The notes: a model not told the origin generated them from the letters alone. A stretch of 37,915 nucleotides of DNA from Selaginella moellendorffii (GCF_000143415.4 NW_003314415.1:223407-261321); one strand, 5' to 3'. Shown: positions 1 to 12,059, counted from the first letter of the stretch. Program-made: numbers and translations.

Positions 1-1585
1 ATAACTCAAGTTCTAGCAAGGAAAATGAAGAAGCAACTTGGGTACAATGTTCTTCCTGGCCAACTTATGGTGATCTCATTTGGCCACCTTTTGAGTGTGA
101 TACTACCAGCGATCATCTAAAGCATTGGTTGTGGAGATGTAATGTAAATTGTAACATGGTTAAGGTTGAGTTTTCAGAGCCAACAGATGAGGAGAAGTTT
201 CTTGAGTATCCAAAGCATTTTTAGGGGCAAAAAAACCATGGAATTTATGAGGAACCAACTGTATAGGCAAGGAAGGTAAACAGGTTTATCAAGTCTCTAG
301 TGCTAATGGATTTGGACCTTGGAATTGTGGAAGAGTCTCGACTAGTGAAGATAGGAGTAGAGTTGGAAGGAGAGAATTTACGAAGTTACTATACAAGCAT
401 ATAGATGTTTTTTGTGGAAATATGAAGATATGCAAAGTATTGATCCTATGTTGGTTATCCATCAATTTCCTTTGATTCCTAGAGCTGTTCCTGTTCATCA
501 AAGGCTTTATAGGACCAATCCACATTATTCAAGAGCAGTGCGAGAGGAGATAGAGAAGCTATTGCAAGTGGGATTCATTTTCAAGGTGGAAATTAATGAG
601 TGGCTTTCTCCTATCATCATTATCAAGAAGAAGAGTGAACAGCTTAGGGTCTATGTAGATTATAGAAAGCTGAACAAGTCAACAATTAAGGATGGTTTTT
701 TGTTGTTATTTACTGATACACTATTGTATTTAGTGGCAGGGCATAAGCTCTATTCTTTCCTGGATGGCTTCAGTGGTTATAGTCAAGTGCGAATAGCAAA
801 GGAGGATCAACTAAAGACCACTTTTGTGATGGAGTGGGGGTGTTATGCATATAGGGTTAAGCCTTTTAGCCTATGCAATGCTCTACAGACATTTTAAAAA
901 GTAATTACAACAACTTTTTAGCTATATATGTAGGATTTTATAGAGGTATTTCTGGATGATTTCAGCATATTTATAGATCAATGAAAAGCTAACTTTATGT
1001 TTTAATAGGTGTAGGCAATTTAAGATCTCATTACATCCATTTAAGTGTAGCTTTGGAGTGTTATTAGGTTGGATTGTTTCACATGACGGTTTAGTTATTG
1101 ATCCTAGCAAGACCAGGTTGATACAAGCACTAACAGCTCAAGTGGACATCAAGCAATTGCAATTTGTGAAATTTTGATTGTCCCTCAAGAATGCTTAGAT
1201 TTAGGATTTTGGTTTAAATCTAGCCTTTGCATTGTCTAAATCTCATTTTTTTAACACTTTTTTAATTTCTTCTCTTTTACACTTAGTATAATTGTGTTAT
1301 AAGCAATCTATACCTAGGATGAAGTCAAAATCTTGGCTCAACAACTAAAGCTCAAGTTCAAGATCACCCACAAGCACAATAAGGTCCATCTCATCCCATA
1401 CACATGCATGTGTATGGGTATTGCTATAAAAAATAAAAATTATCATCACAAAGTTCTATGGAGTTATGTGGAAAAAGCTTTACCTTTGACAAAGCTATTA
1501 CCCAAAGATGTAAAGTATGAGTGGACAAACTGCTAATAGCAAGCTTTTGAGGTGTTGAAGTAGGCTCTGGTCATAGCTCCAATTT
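1..1585 (+). mobile_element. Degraded Ty3/Gypsy pol fragment (RT to start of RNaseH), copy A
   Basis: RT motifs WLSPIIIIKKKSEQLRVYVDYRKLN, SFLDGFSGYSQV and FLDDF (~950). It carries stops, frameshifts and an AT-rich insertion at ~1172-1437. It is cut at 1586 by an LTR-like repeat. Confidence 0.9.
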
Positions 1586-2085
1586 TGTAGCACACCTGAA
1601 TTTGGAGTTAAATTCCAAGCCCGTTGCACTACGAAATGAAGGTTCGATACAATCCCACAAGCACCAACTCCCCATATCCAACACTTGCACGCAAAATGGT
1701 GTCAGACGGAGTCTGGCACAATTTTGGCATACTAGTGGCCTAACACAAGGAGGAGGGTACCCCACTAACTAAAGCAGCGTGGAGCTTGGGTTTAGACTCA
1801 AGCCGAATACAGAACAAGGAGTACCCCACCCTAGTGGGAGCCAAACTAATGTCTTAGATGGTTAGACATGCATTTCAACCACTATCCCTATTATACATTT
1901 GGAACCCCCCATCCCCCCCCCCCCCCCTTCCCCCCTTGAGGGACACATGCTTTGGGCTTTCACCCCAAGCCTCCTTTAGTACCAGGAGTTAGTCTTTGGG
2001 ACAAGTCCGAAACTTACTAAATATAGAATGTTTTTAGATTGCAAATTTGGACACGGGACGAACACCATTATGTTCAGCCGACCTT
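1586..2085. repeat. LTR-like repeat (family E), left part, split by the 2086-7116 element
   Basis: Starts TGTAGCAC exactly where homology to copy A' ends. 1686-2085 aligns by eye to ~25610-26010 of the solo LTR. Confidence 0.75.
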
Positions 2086-2197
2086 TGACATGAACCACAG
2101 GAATATTCCAAGAATATTCCATGGCCTGTGGGATTTAAGGCCGTAACGCCTTAAGGGTTGGGAGGTTGGCCTAGGGTTCGCTCTCTTGTTCGTTTCA
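2086..2197 (+). repeat. 5' LTR (112 bp)
   Basis: TGACATGAACC...GTTCGTTTCA. Differs from 7009-7116 by 4 transitions and one 4-bp indel. Confidence 0.95.
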
Positions 2198-2198
2198 T

Positions 2199-2210
2199 TG
2201 GTATCGGAGC
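2199..2210 (+). other. Primer-binding site (tRNA-iMet)
   Basis: TGGTATCGGAGC one base after the LTR end. Canonical form is TGGTATCAGAGC. Confidence 0.9.
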
Positions 2211-2227
2211 AGCACGTTCTTTTGGGG

Positions 2228-5200
2228 ATGGCGGGAGAGCAAGATATTGATCCTGATGAGGAGTATGGCGTTAGTGATGATAGCCATGACGATGCGGAAG
2301 AGACTCTTGATGATGTTGTTCTGCGGCAAGGACGCCAGATTTCTGCGGTTCAGAGCGACATAAAGGAGGTTAAGGATTCCGTCAATCTAATTAAGGATTT
2401 CTTGCTTCACATGGACCCTCAAGGATTGAATCGATCTCATGTCCGTGATTACCATTGGTACATCAAGCATGCCAAGGATTATGGTATTATGGAATGGAAA
2501 TCATCACCGGATGTTTGTGATAGTCAAGAGGTTGATTCTTGGTTGGAATTGTGGGAAAGTTGTTGGTCTCACAATCCTTGTGAGGATAAGGTGAAGATAG
2601 ATTTCTTTGTGACGAAGCTTACGGGCCATGCTTCTTCGTGGTGGAAGAACTACATCAAAGCTAATCCGAAGCTGACTTCTTGGACTGATTTGACAAAGGT
2701 TTTCTGCGCTTCGTTTGTCAAGAAGTTTGAAGAGGTTGATCTCGTGAATCAGTTGTTATAGATCCAGCAAGGGACTTTGTCTTTGGATGTGTATGCTCGC
2801 AAGTTCCGTGATCTTTGCCTTAGTCTCACGGGCACCTACAATGAGCTGCTAAAGGTGCAATGTTTTATCAAAGGATTGAGCTCGGTGGATGTGCAGTAGA
2901 AGGTCAAGAAGGATTTTCCAGCAACATTGACTGATGCTATCACTAAGGCTCAAATCTTTTTGCCCAAACCGTCGGTCAACTCGGTCAACGCTGGTCAAAA
3001 GGATGGTCTCCGGGGTGGTCAACGTGATGACCAACCCACCAATACTTCATTTTCAGGGAAGAAACAGCTGTTGCTTCGTCATAGCTCGAAGAGTGGAGAT
3101 GGCAATGAGGCAAAAAGACATCAGTTAGACCAACAAGAGAAGGACAAGGTGGAGGGCAATTGTTTTCGTTGTCACAAGGCTGGACATCATGGCAAGGATT
3201 GTCCTCTTGTGAAGGGATCAAAGAATGCTAAGGTGAATGTGGTGGAATCCATTGTGGATACAGCTCAGGCATCTGCTGTGGTGGCTCTTCCACACCCTGT
3301 GGCAAAAATTCAAGAATCTAAGTCTCGAGTTCGTATCAACTCTGTAGAGATTAATGGTTCTATGTGCAATCAACTTGTGAAGGCCAAAGGGGACATTCAA
3401 GGACATGCTGTTAGTATTCTTTTCGATCCAGGTGCTACACACAACTTTTTGAGCTTTAAGGTGGTGAAGAAACTTGGTTTGCCTGTGGAAAAGAGTTCAG
3501 TAATCTATGAGGTGGTTATGGCAGATGGACATAGCACTCGTATTTACGGTGAATGGGCTCCGAGTGTTCCTTTGACGGTTCAAGGGATTCTCGACCATCC
3601 TTCGTTTCAGGTTATGGATCTTGGTCGCACAGACGTTATTCTTGGGAAGGAATGGTTTTATGACAGGAAGCCAGGGATCGATTGGGAGTGTAATGTTCTG
3701 CGTATCGAAGTTGGTGGCACTATAAAAGAGATTGTCGGGACAGACAATAGTGATACTCCATTGATTAACGCTTTGGAGTTGGTGACATGCATGCATGAGA
3801 TAGCTAATTCTTTTGTGGTGTACCCATTTCTTTCTAATATGATCATGTCTGATTTGGAGTACGTTCGTGGGCATGAGACACGGTGGATTCCATTCAGGAG
3901 GAGTTCCGTGACGTATTTCCGGATGAGTTACCTGATGGTTTGCCTCCAGAACGTGGAATTCAGCATGAGATTGATTTGGTTCCTGGAGCTACTCCTTTTC
4001 AGCGACAACTGACTCGTACTAGTCCCGCTGAAGATGAAGAGATTAATAGGCAGCTTGCTGAATACCTTCGGAAAGGGTGGTTACGGATTAGCAAGTCTCC
4101 TTGGGCTGCTCCAGTGGTGATGGTCAAAAAGAAAGATGGTACATGGCGTCTTTGCGTGAACTACAAGGGATTAAATGATAGGACAGTGAAGAATATGTTC
4201 CCGATCCCTCGTATCGATGATTTGCTTGATCGTCTTCGTGGAGCTTGATATTTTTCGAAGATTGATTTGAGGCAAGGATATCATCAGATTTGTGTCAAGC
4301 CAGAGGATGTTCCAAAAACTGCATTTCGAACAAGGACAGGTCACTACGAGTTTTTAGTGATGCCGTTTGGTTTGACAAATGCTCCTGCAACTTTTCAGAG
4401 ATTGATGAATCACGTTCTACAACCTTACTTGGGAAAGTTTGCAATTGATTATTTTGATGATATCTTAGTATTCAGCTCTTCCGTGGAGGAACATAAGATG
4501 CATGTACGAAGTGTTTTACAGCTTTTGAGGGACAACAAGCTCTACTCGAAATTATCCAAGTGCGAGTTTTTTTAGAGGAGATTGGATATCTCGGGCATTT
4601 GATTTCGGTACATGGAGTGAGAGCTGATCCCACAAAGATTCAGGCCGTGGTTGATTGGCTTATACCTTCCACAGTGCATGATCTCCGTAGTTTCCTTGGT
4701 ATGGTTGGAGTTTTTTGACGATTTGTGAAGGACTTTTCAGGGATAGCAGCCCCTTTAACTGATCTTCTCTAGAATACATCGAAACATGCTATTATTCATG
4801 GTTGGGATGAGAAGTGTGAAGTGGCATTTCAACGTTTGAAGCAATGTTGTATCTCTGCTCCAGTGTTGAAGATTTTTGATCCTGAAAAGCCTCTTGTGGT
4901 CGAGACAGATGCAAGTGACATTGCTATTGGAGCTGTTTTGCTTCAAGTTGGGCATCCTCTTGCGTACATGAGCCATAAGTTTGATGCCACACAGCGGAAT
5001 TGGCCTACTCGAGACAAGGAGTTGTATGCTGTGATTGCTGCTGTGAAGGAATGGCGACATTATCTTTATGGATCGGACTTCCATATGGATTCAGACCATC
5101 AATCTCTCCAATATTTCAGTTGACAAAAGGATCTTTGAGGCCGCCTTGCTCGTTGGCAAGAGTTCCTGTAGGAAATGTCTGTTAAGATCCGGTACAAGCA

Positions 5201-6760
5201 TGGAGGTGACAATAAGGTGGCTGATGCGTTATCCAGGATGGTAAATTCTATCTCATTCGTGAAGTTATCCAGCGATCTCTTGGATGAGCTTAAGGAGTTT
5301 GTTGACTTCGACTCCTTTATCACTGATATTTGCGTGAAGGTTTTGTTGAGGGACGCCTCTACAGATTTGAAGGGTGACAAGTTTGCGTCATTCGAAATAC
5401 GAGATGGAATCCTGGTGAAGAAGGGAGTGTAGTGGTTCCTCGTGTTGACAAACTCATCAAACGGATTTTGGTTGAGTGTCATTATGTGCCAAGTGCTGGG
5501 CATCCGGGGGTATTGAGAACGTATATGTTGGTGAAGAGGCATTTCTTTTGGCCTGGGATGAAGTCAGATGTTGAGAAGTACGTACGTGGTTGCTTGACCT
5601 ACCAGGCGGTCAAAGTTGATCATTAGAAGCTCGCTGGCCTCTATCATCCTTTACATGTACCTGAGAATAAGTGGGATAGCATCTCGATGGACTTTATCAC
5701 TAGTTTGCCCAAAACCTTTCGAGGAAATGATGCTATTTGGGTTGTTGTGGATCGTTTGACAAAGATGGCTCACTTTTTCCCTATGAAGACAATGATAAAA
5801 GCTTCTGAACTTGCTCAGTTGTTTGTAGACCGGTTATTTAGTCTCTATGGTTTGCCAGGTGACATTGTGAGTGATCGAGATCCTAAGTTCACGTCCAAGT
5901 TTTGGCAAACAGTCTTTGAAAAACTAGAGACTAAACTGAGCATGAGTAGTGGTGAGCATCCACAATCTGATGGGCAGATAGAGCGCATGAATCAGCTATT
6001 AGAAGATATGCTACGGTCTTTTGTGGGAAACTTGACTCGATAGGGAGTATGGGAAAAATACTTGCCTTTGCTTCAGTTTGCTCACAATAGCGCTCATCAA
6101 TCGGCTATTGGCATGTCTCCTTTTATGGCGATGTATGGCTATGAGCCTAGGTCTCCTGTGAGTTTGAATTTAGCTTTGGTTCGGGTTCCTCATGCTTGTG
6201 ATTTCCTGGAGGATATGCAAGACAAGCTTGAGTTGGCAAAATTGAACATGAGGCAAACTCAAGAACGAGACAAAAGATTGGCTGATGAGCATCGTCATCA
6301 TCAAGAGTACAAAGTTGGTGACAAGGTTTTCCTTAAGCTGTCGAATGCACAACAATCTCTAAAAGGAAGTGGTAGTGCTAAGTTGTCCCCATGGTATTGT
6401 GGGCCTTGGACAATTTTACAGCGTGTGGGGGATCTTGCATACACTTTGGATTTGCCAGTTAGTTCGAAGATTCATCCAACATTCCATGTGAGCAAACTTA
6501 AAGTGTGTTTGCACTCTGGTGATATCGTGGATCAGTCCATCATCCAGGTTCCAGAGATTGATGCAGAGAAGGCTGGTCCGGCCAATATTCTTGCTCAAAG
6601 ATTGGTGAAAACACACCGGAAAACAACTAGGGAGTTGTTAGTTCAATGGAATGGTTATTCCATGGACGAAGCTACATGGGAAACTGAGGATGACATGAAG
6701 AGAGTGTTTCCGAGTTTTGGTTATGACTTGGATGACATTCCTGAGGAAGGGGAAAATTGA
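2228..6760 (+). pseudogene. Gag-Pol polyprotein with multiple stops and frameshifts
   Basis: Gag KLTGHASSWW, zinc knuckle CFRCHKAGHHGKDC, protease LFDPGATHNF, RT YFDDIL, RH ETDASDIAIGAVL, INT IVSDRDPKFTS...QSDGQIER, chromodomain LLVQWNGYSMDEATWE. Confidence 0.95.
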
Positions 6761-7008
6761 GTTTTATAGCCGTATTGCTATATGATTTGAGCTGTTTGTT
6801 CTATTCTCATTCTCTTGTTTTCCATGACCATATTGTCATGTGAGAAAGCCGTATTGCTTTCTTTCTTTCGTGACCGTTTGTTGCGACGTTGGTGTTGCCG
6901 TTTGCACATCTTTTCTCCATGGCCATATTGCCTTGGACTCCCTTCATGTGAGGCTCGTTTAGCTTCTCGAGGCTGCCGTATGTGGCTGGGTCATGAGGGA
7001 GGGGAGAA

Positions 7009-7116
7009 TGACACGAACCACAAGAATATTCCAAGAATATTCTATGGCCTGTGGGATTTAAGGCCATAACGCCTTAAGGGTTGGGAGGTTGGCCTATCGC
7101 TCTCTTGTTCGTTTCA
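7009..7116 (+). repeat. 3' LTR (108 bp), preceded by PPT GAGGGAGGGGAGAA
   Basis: Direct repeat of 2086-2197. Confidence 0.95.
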
Positions 7117-7512
7117 ACCTCTAAATTCTATAGATATGCCAAATAAGTGAATTTAGACACTTTTCATAAATAGCATTTGGGACCAAAATGAAACTAACAC
7201 AAAGGGCATGATAGCAAGAGTGTTTGTCAGACACAGTAAACTATCATCTAGCGAATATTGAAGGACTAGTCTCAATATCGCTGGGGTTCCCAACACTAGC
7301 AAGTGCAAGTCAACGAATGAGTTTCTCTAACCAGGTCAAGTATGCTTAACAAATAGCATGTAGAAATTCCGTCTTTAAGCTCATCTGGTCAAGTGCACAT
7401 GCGATGACCAGTTTCTCAATTAGCTTGAGTGGAGATCATAAAAGGAACCAGTAGTACTGACCTCCTACTGTTGTGATAGTAAGGAAAGAGTGTCCATAAG
7501 GACTGGCCGACA
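7117..7512. repeat. LTR-like repeat (family E), right part
   Basis: Aligns to ~26005-26400 and ends ...GGCCGACA at the junction with a minus-strand integrase. Confidence 0.75.
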
Positions 7513-9628
7513 AACTGGAACAGTGTGCCCCAAAACTTCCCCGTAAACCTCGAATTTCTATCCGAGATCATCTCTTCAGGAAGACCATGAACCCATATGA
7601 CTTCATGGAAAAAGAGCTTTGCTGCTTATTTCGCATTCACTATTCCCACAGTTGGAATGAAGTGTGCAATCTTTGACAACCGATCCACAACCACCATCAA
7701 AGTATCATAACCCTTAGATTTCGGCAAACAAGTGACGAAATCAAGTGTCACACTTTGAAATGGCTATGCCGGTGTTGGAATGCACTACAACTTTCCAGCT
7801 TGCTTCTCAGTTCTACACTTACATTGCTGGCATATAGGGCAAGAACGAACATAATCCACTACATCACCTTCCATACTAGACCAGAAAAATTCCTTTTTCA
7901 ATGAAGCTAGAGTCTTTGCCATGGATCACTTCCATATGTCTTATGCCATTTTTGCTTATAAAATATAAGCCTATCCCGAACTGAGAAGTGAAACATCGCA
8001 TTAGTGCGACTAGCAACTTTCGCTGCTTCGCTAGTAGGCTCTGCTTCAACAGCCCCGCATGGCATAAGATTGCCTTTGCCAATGGATCACTTCCATATAA
8101 AGCCTAAACATCCTCTAACCAGTCTAAACTAATTGCCAATATTGCCCGGAATTAAGCTTGACGACTCAACGCATCTGGAAAATATTGTCTTTACCAGGTT
8201 TATATATGATTTCAATATCATATCTAGCAAGCTTCTCTTGCCAACGAGCCTGCTTCAGCGTAAGCTTAGGCTGTGTAGCAAAGTAGCTTAGTGTGTTACT
8301 ATCTGTATAAACCTTGATGTGTCCACCCAAGTAATGTCTGTAGTGTTCCAGGGCCAACACTATAGCAAACATTTCTTTCTCATGCGTTAGCCATCTTCAT
8401 TGAGTTTCATCCAATTTCTTGGAATAGAACACAATAGGACAACCATGTCGTCTTAGTGTAACACCAACCACTTTGTCATAATCTTGCTGTAACATGGCAC
8501 CAATAGCATAACCAAATGCATCACAATGCACTTCGAAGGGTTTATCAAGATCTGGGATCTTGAGAATAAGAACTATAGTCAAGATCTCCTTCAACTGTAC
8601 AAAAGCACATTAACAAGCTAGTGTCCAATGAAATGGAATACTACTCTTCGTTAACTCAGTCAACAGAAGAGCAATTCTTGCAAAATTGTGGATAAACTTG
8701 CAATAGTATCCCACCAAACTGAGAAAAGAACAAACATTTGATATAGTGGTCAGGATTTCCCAGGACTTCACCACTTCCACCTTCTTTGGATCGACCTCAA
8801 TTACGCCACCACCAACTATATGTCTGAGAAAGTTTATGCGCAATTGTCCAAAAGTGCATTTACTTTCCTTGACATACAATTGGTGTTCACGCAATTTTTG
8901 AAACACCAGCTCCAAGTGTTTTAAATGATCCTTCAACGTTTTGCTGAAGACTAGAATATTGGCGATATATAGGACAACAAATGTGTCCAAATAATCTCCA
9001 AATATTCTATCCATCATAGTGCTAAACGTTGCTGGAGCATTGCATAACCCAAACGGCATGACAAGAAACTTATAAGATCCATACCGAGTCTTAAAAGTTG
9101 TCTTCTCCACATCCTAATCTGCCACCCGTATCAAATGATACCCGGATCGCAAATCAAGTTGCATAAAATATTTAGCCTTTAAAAGTTGGTCAAATAAGTC
9201 GTCAATGCGAGGCAAAGGATAACTATTTTTAACCCTGATCTTATTGAGTGCCCGATAGTCAATACACATCCTCATGGTTCCATCCTTTCTCATAACAAAA
9301 AGGACTGGTGCTTTATAAGGTGATTTGTTTAGTTGGATATGACTTTTGTCAAAAAGCTCCGTGAATTGTTTCTTGAATTCAGCCATCTTCTTGATGTTCA
9401 AACGATATGGAGCTTTTGTAGGTGGTTTAGAACCCGAAATAACCTCAATCTGATGATCAACCTCATGGCTGGGAGGTAGCCCTGGTGGCAAATCCTTCAA
9501 GAAGATATCCTGATTCTCCAATATCTTCTTTGGTACAGGATCAACCCTGTTGCCGATTCGAATTGAGTCACCAACACCCTCAGCTTCCATCACTTGAACC
9601 CAAAAGGTTTAACATCCCCTCTTAGCTG
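7513..9628 (-). mobile_element. Degraded Ty3/Gypsy pol fragment (RT-RH-INT), copy B
   Basis: [47 protein letters not shown] and integrase MISDRNSRFTGKFW. Fused directly to the 3' end of RLK1 at ~9628. Confidence 0.92.
7937..8069. mobile_element. ~130-bp insertion with 11-bp terminal inverted repeats (MITE or mini-LTR-like)
   Basis: TCTTATGCCAT (7939-7949) and ATGGCATAAGA (8059-8069). Flanked by a ~23-bp direct repeat TTTGCC(A)ATGGATCACTTCCATAT. Confidence 0.55.
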
Positions 9629-11293
9629 GTCCAGGAGCTTGTCGTCAATAAGCTCAATGACGTTGCCACTGTGAAACATGCTCAACGCGGTTTCGCCCAG
9701 GAAGCACAGTTGTGAGGAGGATGAGGAGGAAGAGGAGGATGGAGGATGGAACTGGATGGTGCGCCTGGAGCTGACGAGCTCGAGCAGCACGATTCCAAAG
9801 CTGTAAACGTCAGTCTTGTCCATGACTTTGGTGTGGAGCCACTCGGGTGCCATGTATCCGGGAGTTCCTCGCATGACAGTCACCACTTGGCTCTTTCCCC
9901 GCTCGGCAAGCTTGCTCAGGCCAAAGTCGGAGATTCTGGCTCGTAAGTTCTCGTCCAGGAGGATGTTTTGAGGTTTGATATCCAGGTGAAGAACTTGCTC
10001 CCAGCATCCTTCATGGAGGTATGTGAGTCCTCGAGCAACATCTATCGCGATTGAGTGTCTCTGATTCCAGTTTAACAGCAGATTTGCTGATTCGCCACCT
10101 TTGTCATCATCGTTCTTGGTGAAGATCCACTTGTCCAGTGATCCATTGGGCATGAACTCGTAGACAAGCAATGCAGCTGGTCCCTGGATGCAAAATCCCC
10201 GGAGCTTTACCAGGTTGAAGTGGTGAATGCTGCCAATGGACATTACCTCGGCCTTGAACTGCGAGTGTCCTTTCGACGAGCCTTGGATCTCTACGTCCAT
10301 CTTCTTCACAGCAACGAGGCTCCCATCCGCAAGCTCTCCTTTGAAGACGGATCCAAATCCTCCAGCTCCAAGCATGAGCTCGGGATCAAAGTTTCTAGTT
10401 GCCATCTTCAAGTCGTGATAGCTAAACTGGTGCAGAAGTATCTCATCGAGCCTCATTCCTTCGATGAGCGCTTGCTTTTCCATGCGCCTCCTCCGAGATC
10501 TTCTCCACTTCCTGGTTGCTACGAAGATTACGACGCTAAGCACCACCCCGGCCACAGCGCTTGCTACCCCAGCGATCACTCCCTCATAATTCTTTTTGCT
10601 TCGAATGGACTGTGGAAGATTACTATCAATGACATTCCAGGTGATATTTCTCAAGATTCCAATGCCTGGATCATACCCAAGCTGCCTCCACACTTGCTCG
10701 TTCACAGCCACAGCGTTTGGAGCACAGGGCTCCGTGAACGAATGATCCCTGAGACACCCGGCTGGGGAGTAGCATTCAGCTACCATTCTAGCGACCGCAG
10801 TCCGTCCGTTTGGAGCTAAAACTTGGATGTTTTTCGAGCACAAGCTTCGGTCTTGGGTATACCATCCAGTGGCCAGCGCTGCCATGGGTTCCATATTCCA
10901 TTGCGAGGACGTGCACGGCCTGAGAGACCCCGGATTTGAGAGGTTGAAGCTTGTGGCATAGAGGACGGCATTGTTGGTCCCTTGTAAATTTGGAGAGCAG
11001 GCGAAAGTCCTGTAAGCCAGGCCTGGGACGCAGCAATTCGGGCAGTCTGGAACGATGGTGTCATTGAAAATGAAGCCGGAGATGGGCTTGCAAACTTCAG
11101 AATCGCTGAGATATGGCTCGGATTGATTGCTCGACAGGTAGCAGGATGAATTGCGGAGTGAACGGTTGCCGCTGAGCATGGGCTCCGGGAAACAAAGAGA
11201 TCCATTCGGGCAGTCGCTTAACGAAGAACATACCTGTTGTTGGGCTTGCGAGTGGAAGCTCCTGGTGCTACATAGCACGATCATGAAGCACAT
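9590..11293 (-). CDS. Kiwellin-ectodomain receptor-like kinase type 1 (RLK1), non-RD, C-terminally truncated
   Basis: Hydrophobic N-terminus. Kiwellin/ripening-related motifs [49 protein letters not shown] and [26 protein letters not shown] followed by RKWRR. Kinase [25 protein letters not shown]. Subdomain XI is replaced by Gypsy sequence after ~9629. The ancestral ATG (11312) is +1 out of frame; in-frame ATGs are at 11353 and 11293. Confidence 0.85.
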   Translation of the reverse strand: MCFMIVLCSTRSFHSQAQQQVCSSLSDCPNGSLCFPEPMLSGNRSLRNSSCYLSSNQSEPYLSDSEVCKPISGFIFNDTIVPDCPNCCVPGLAYRTFACSPNLQGTNNAVLYATSFNLSNPGSLRPCTSSQWNMEPMAALATGWYTQDRSLCSKNIQVLAPNGRTAVARMVAECYSPAGCLRDHSFTEPCAPNAVAVNEQVWRQLGYDPGIGILRNITWNVIDSNLPQSIRSKKNYEGVIAGVASAVAGVVLSVVIFVATRKWRRSRRRRMEKQALIEGMRLDEILLHQFSYHDLKMATRNFDPELMLGAGGFGSVFKGELADGSLVAVKKMDVEIQGSSKGHSQFKAEVMSIGSIHHFNLVKLRGFCIQGPAALLVYEFMPNGSLDKWIFTKNDDDKGGESANLLLNWNQRHSIAIDVARGLTYLHEGCWEQVLHLDIKPQNILLDENLRARISDFGLSKLAERGKSQVVTVMRGTPGYMAPEWLHTKVMDKTDVYSFGIVLLELVSSRRTIQFHPPSSSSSSSSSQLCFLGETALSMFHSGNVIELIDDKLLDQLRGDVKPFGFK

Positions 11294-11349
11294 GAGAATT
11301 CGACACCTCCATAGTTCAGTAAATACCACTGTTCTTGGACACCTGGAAA

Positions 11350-11586
11350 CCATAGAAATCAGAGACTATGAGATCATGTCTCTCTCGTTGTTTCGGCCCA
11401 CAGACTTAAAGTTTGGCAGCTGGCTGCAGCTATCTTTCAGTGTCTTGGTTTTTCTGGGCTGTAGACGAAAAGAGGAATTCCTCCCAGGGACCCGCAATGC
11501 TTTAACAAGCCAAGAGGTTCGATCTTGAGACCGCAAAGACTTCAGACTTTTTATAGAGCTTTTAAACCAGTTTACCCGTGACAGCC
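11350..11586. promoter_or_regulatory. Shared divergent 5' module between type 1 and type 2 RLKs (copy 1 of 3)
   Basis: Direct copy at ~12222-12502 and inverted copy at ~15525-15770. It lies between opposed start codons. Confidence 0.6.
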
Positions 11587-11760
11587 ATGGATCATCGCAG
11601 CACTTTCTTCGCGCTAGAAAGCGACCAATGATGTCTGTGGTGGTGAAGATGCTCGAGGGTCCCATGGATGTGTTCCCTCAGCTGGAGAGACCCGCTGCAC
11701 AGGATTCGTCGCTCCTGGTGAGCATCAGCGAGAGCTCGGAAGTGCAGATAGATATCTGAA
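11587..11760 (+). pseudogene. Internally deleted RLK2 copy (first ~10 codons joined to the last ~45)
   Basis: ATGGATCATCGCAGCACTTTCTTCGCGCT matches 12503 onward. It is joined at ~11619 to sequence matching ~14133-14270 (MSVVVKMLEG...ESS). Confidence 0.88.
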
Positions 11761-12059
11761 GAATTTAATAAGTTATTACATATATATTTAGAATCCTTAA
11801 TGAGAAACGGGAAGGACTCGAGGTGGAAGATCTGGAGGAGTTCAGCAAATGACTCAAGAGATCATCGAAACGGCATATTATAATCCCAACAACTAATGAA
11901 TGAATGACCAAAACATTTGCTTCGTCAGAAACTTCATTTTATTAGCAAGAAAGATCAATGCACGAGTTCAGTTGAAAAACCATTGACAACAGACGCGGTA
12001 TACAAGCACCACACGGCACGGCAATGCCAACCCTAAAAGTGGAAATGACAGCAATGCTG

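Larger units (their letters stand above)
2086..7116 (+). mobile_element. Full-length but inactivated Ty3/Gypsy chromovirus with very short LTRs
   Basis: TG..CA LTRs at 2086-2197 and 7009-7116. PBS TGGTATCGGAGC at 2199-2210, PPT at 6995-7008, TSD ACCTT/ACCTC. Domain order is gag-PR-RT-RH-INT-chromodomain. Confidence 0.96.

Noticed and set aside
9585-9600. 16/17 match TTCAAGTGATGG(A/T)AGCT to the RLK3 tail, read as a retained RLK1 C-terminus
   Set aside because: The sequence reads continuously as Gypsy pol upstream of RT, so it is probably coincidental.
10220-10819. 199-aa ORF (and its twin at 16570-17169) and other GC-rich overlapping ORFs
   Set aside because: These are antisense or alternative-frame shadows of the RLK coding sequences and have no motifs.
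11294-11353. RLK1 start at 11353
   Set aside because: This ATG is in frame only because of a +1 base relative to RLK3, and it lies just before a probable splice acceptor (TTTCCAG). It is possible but unsupported.
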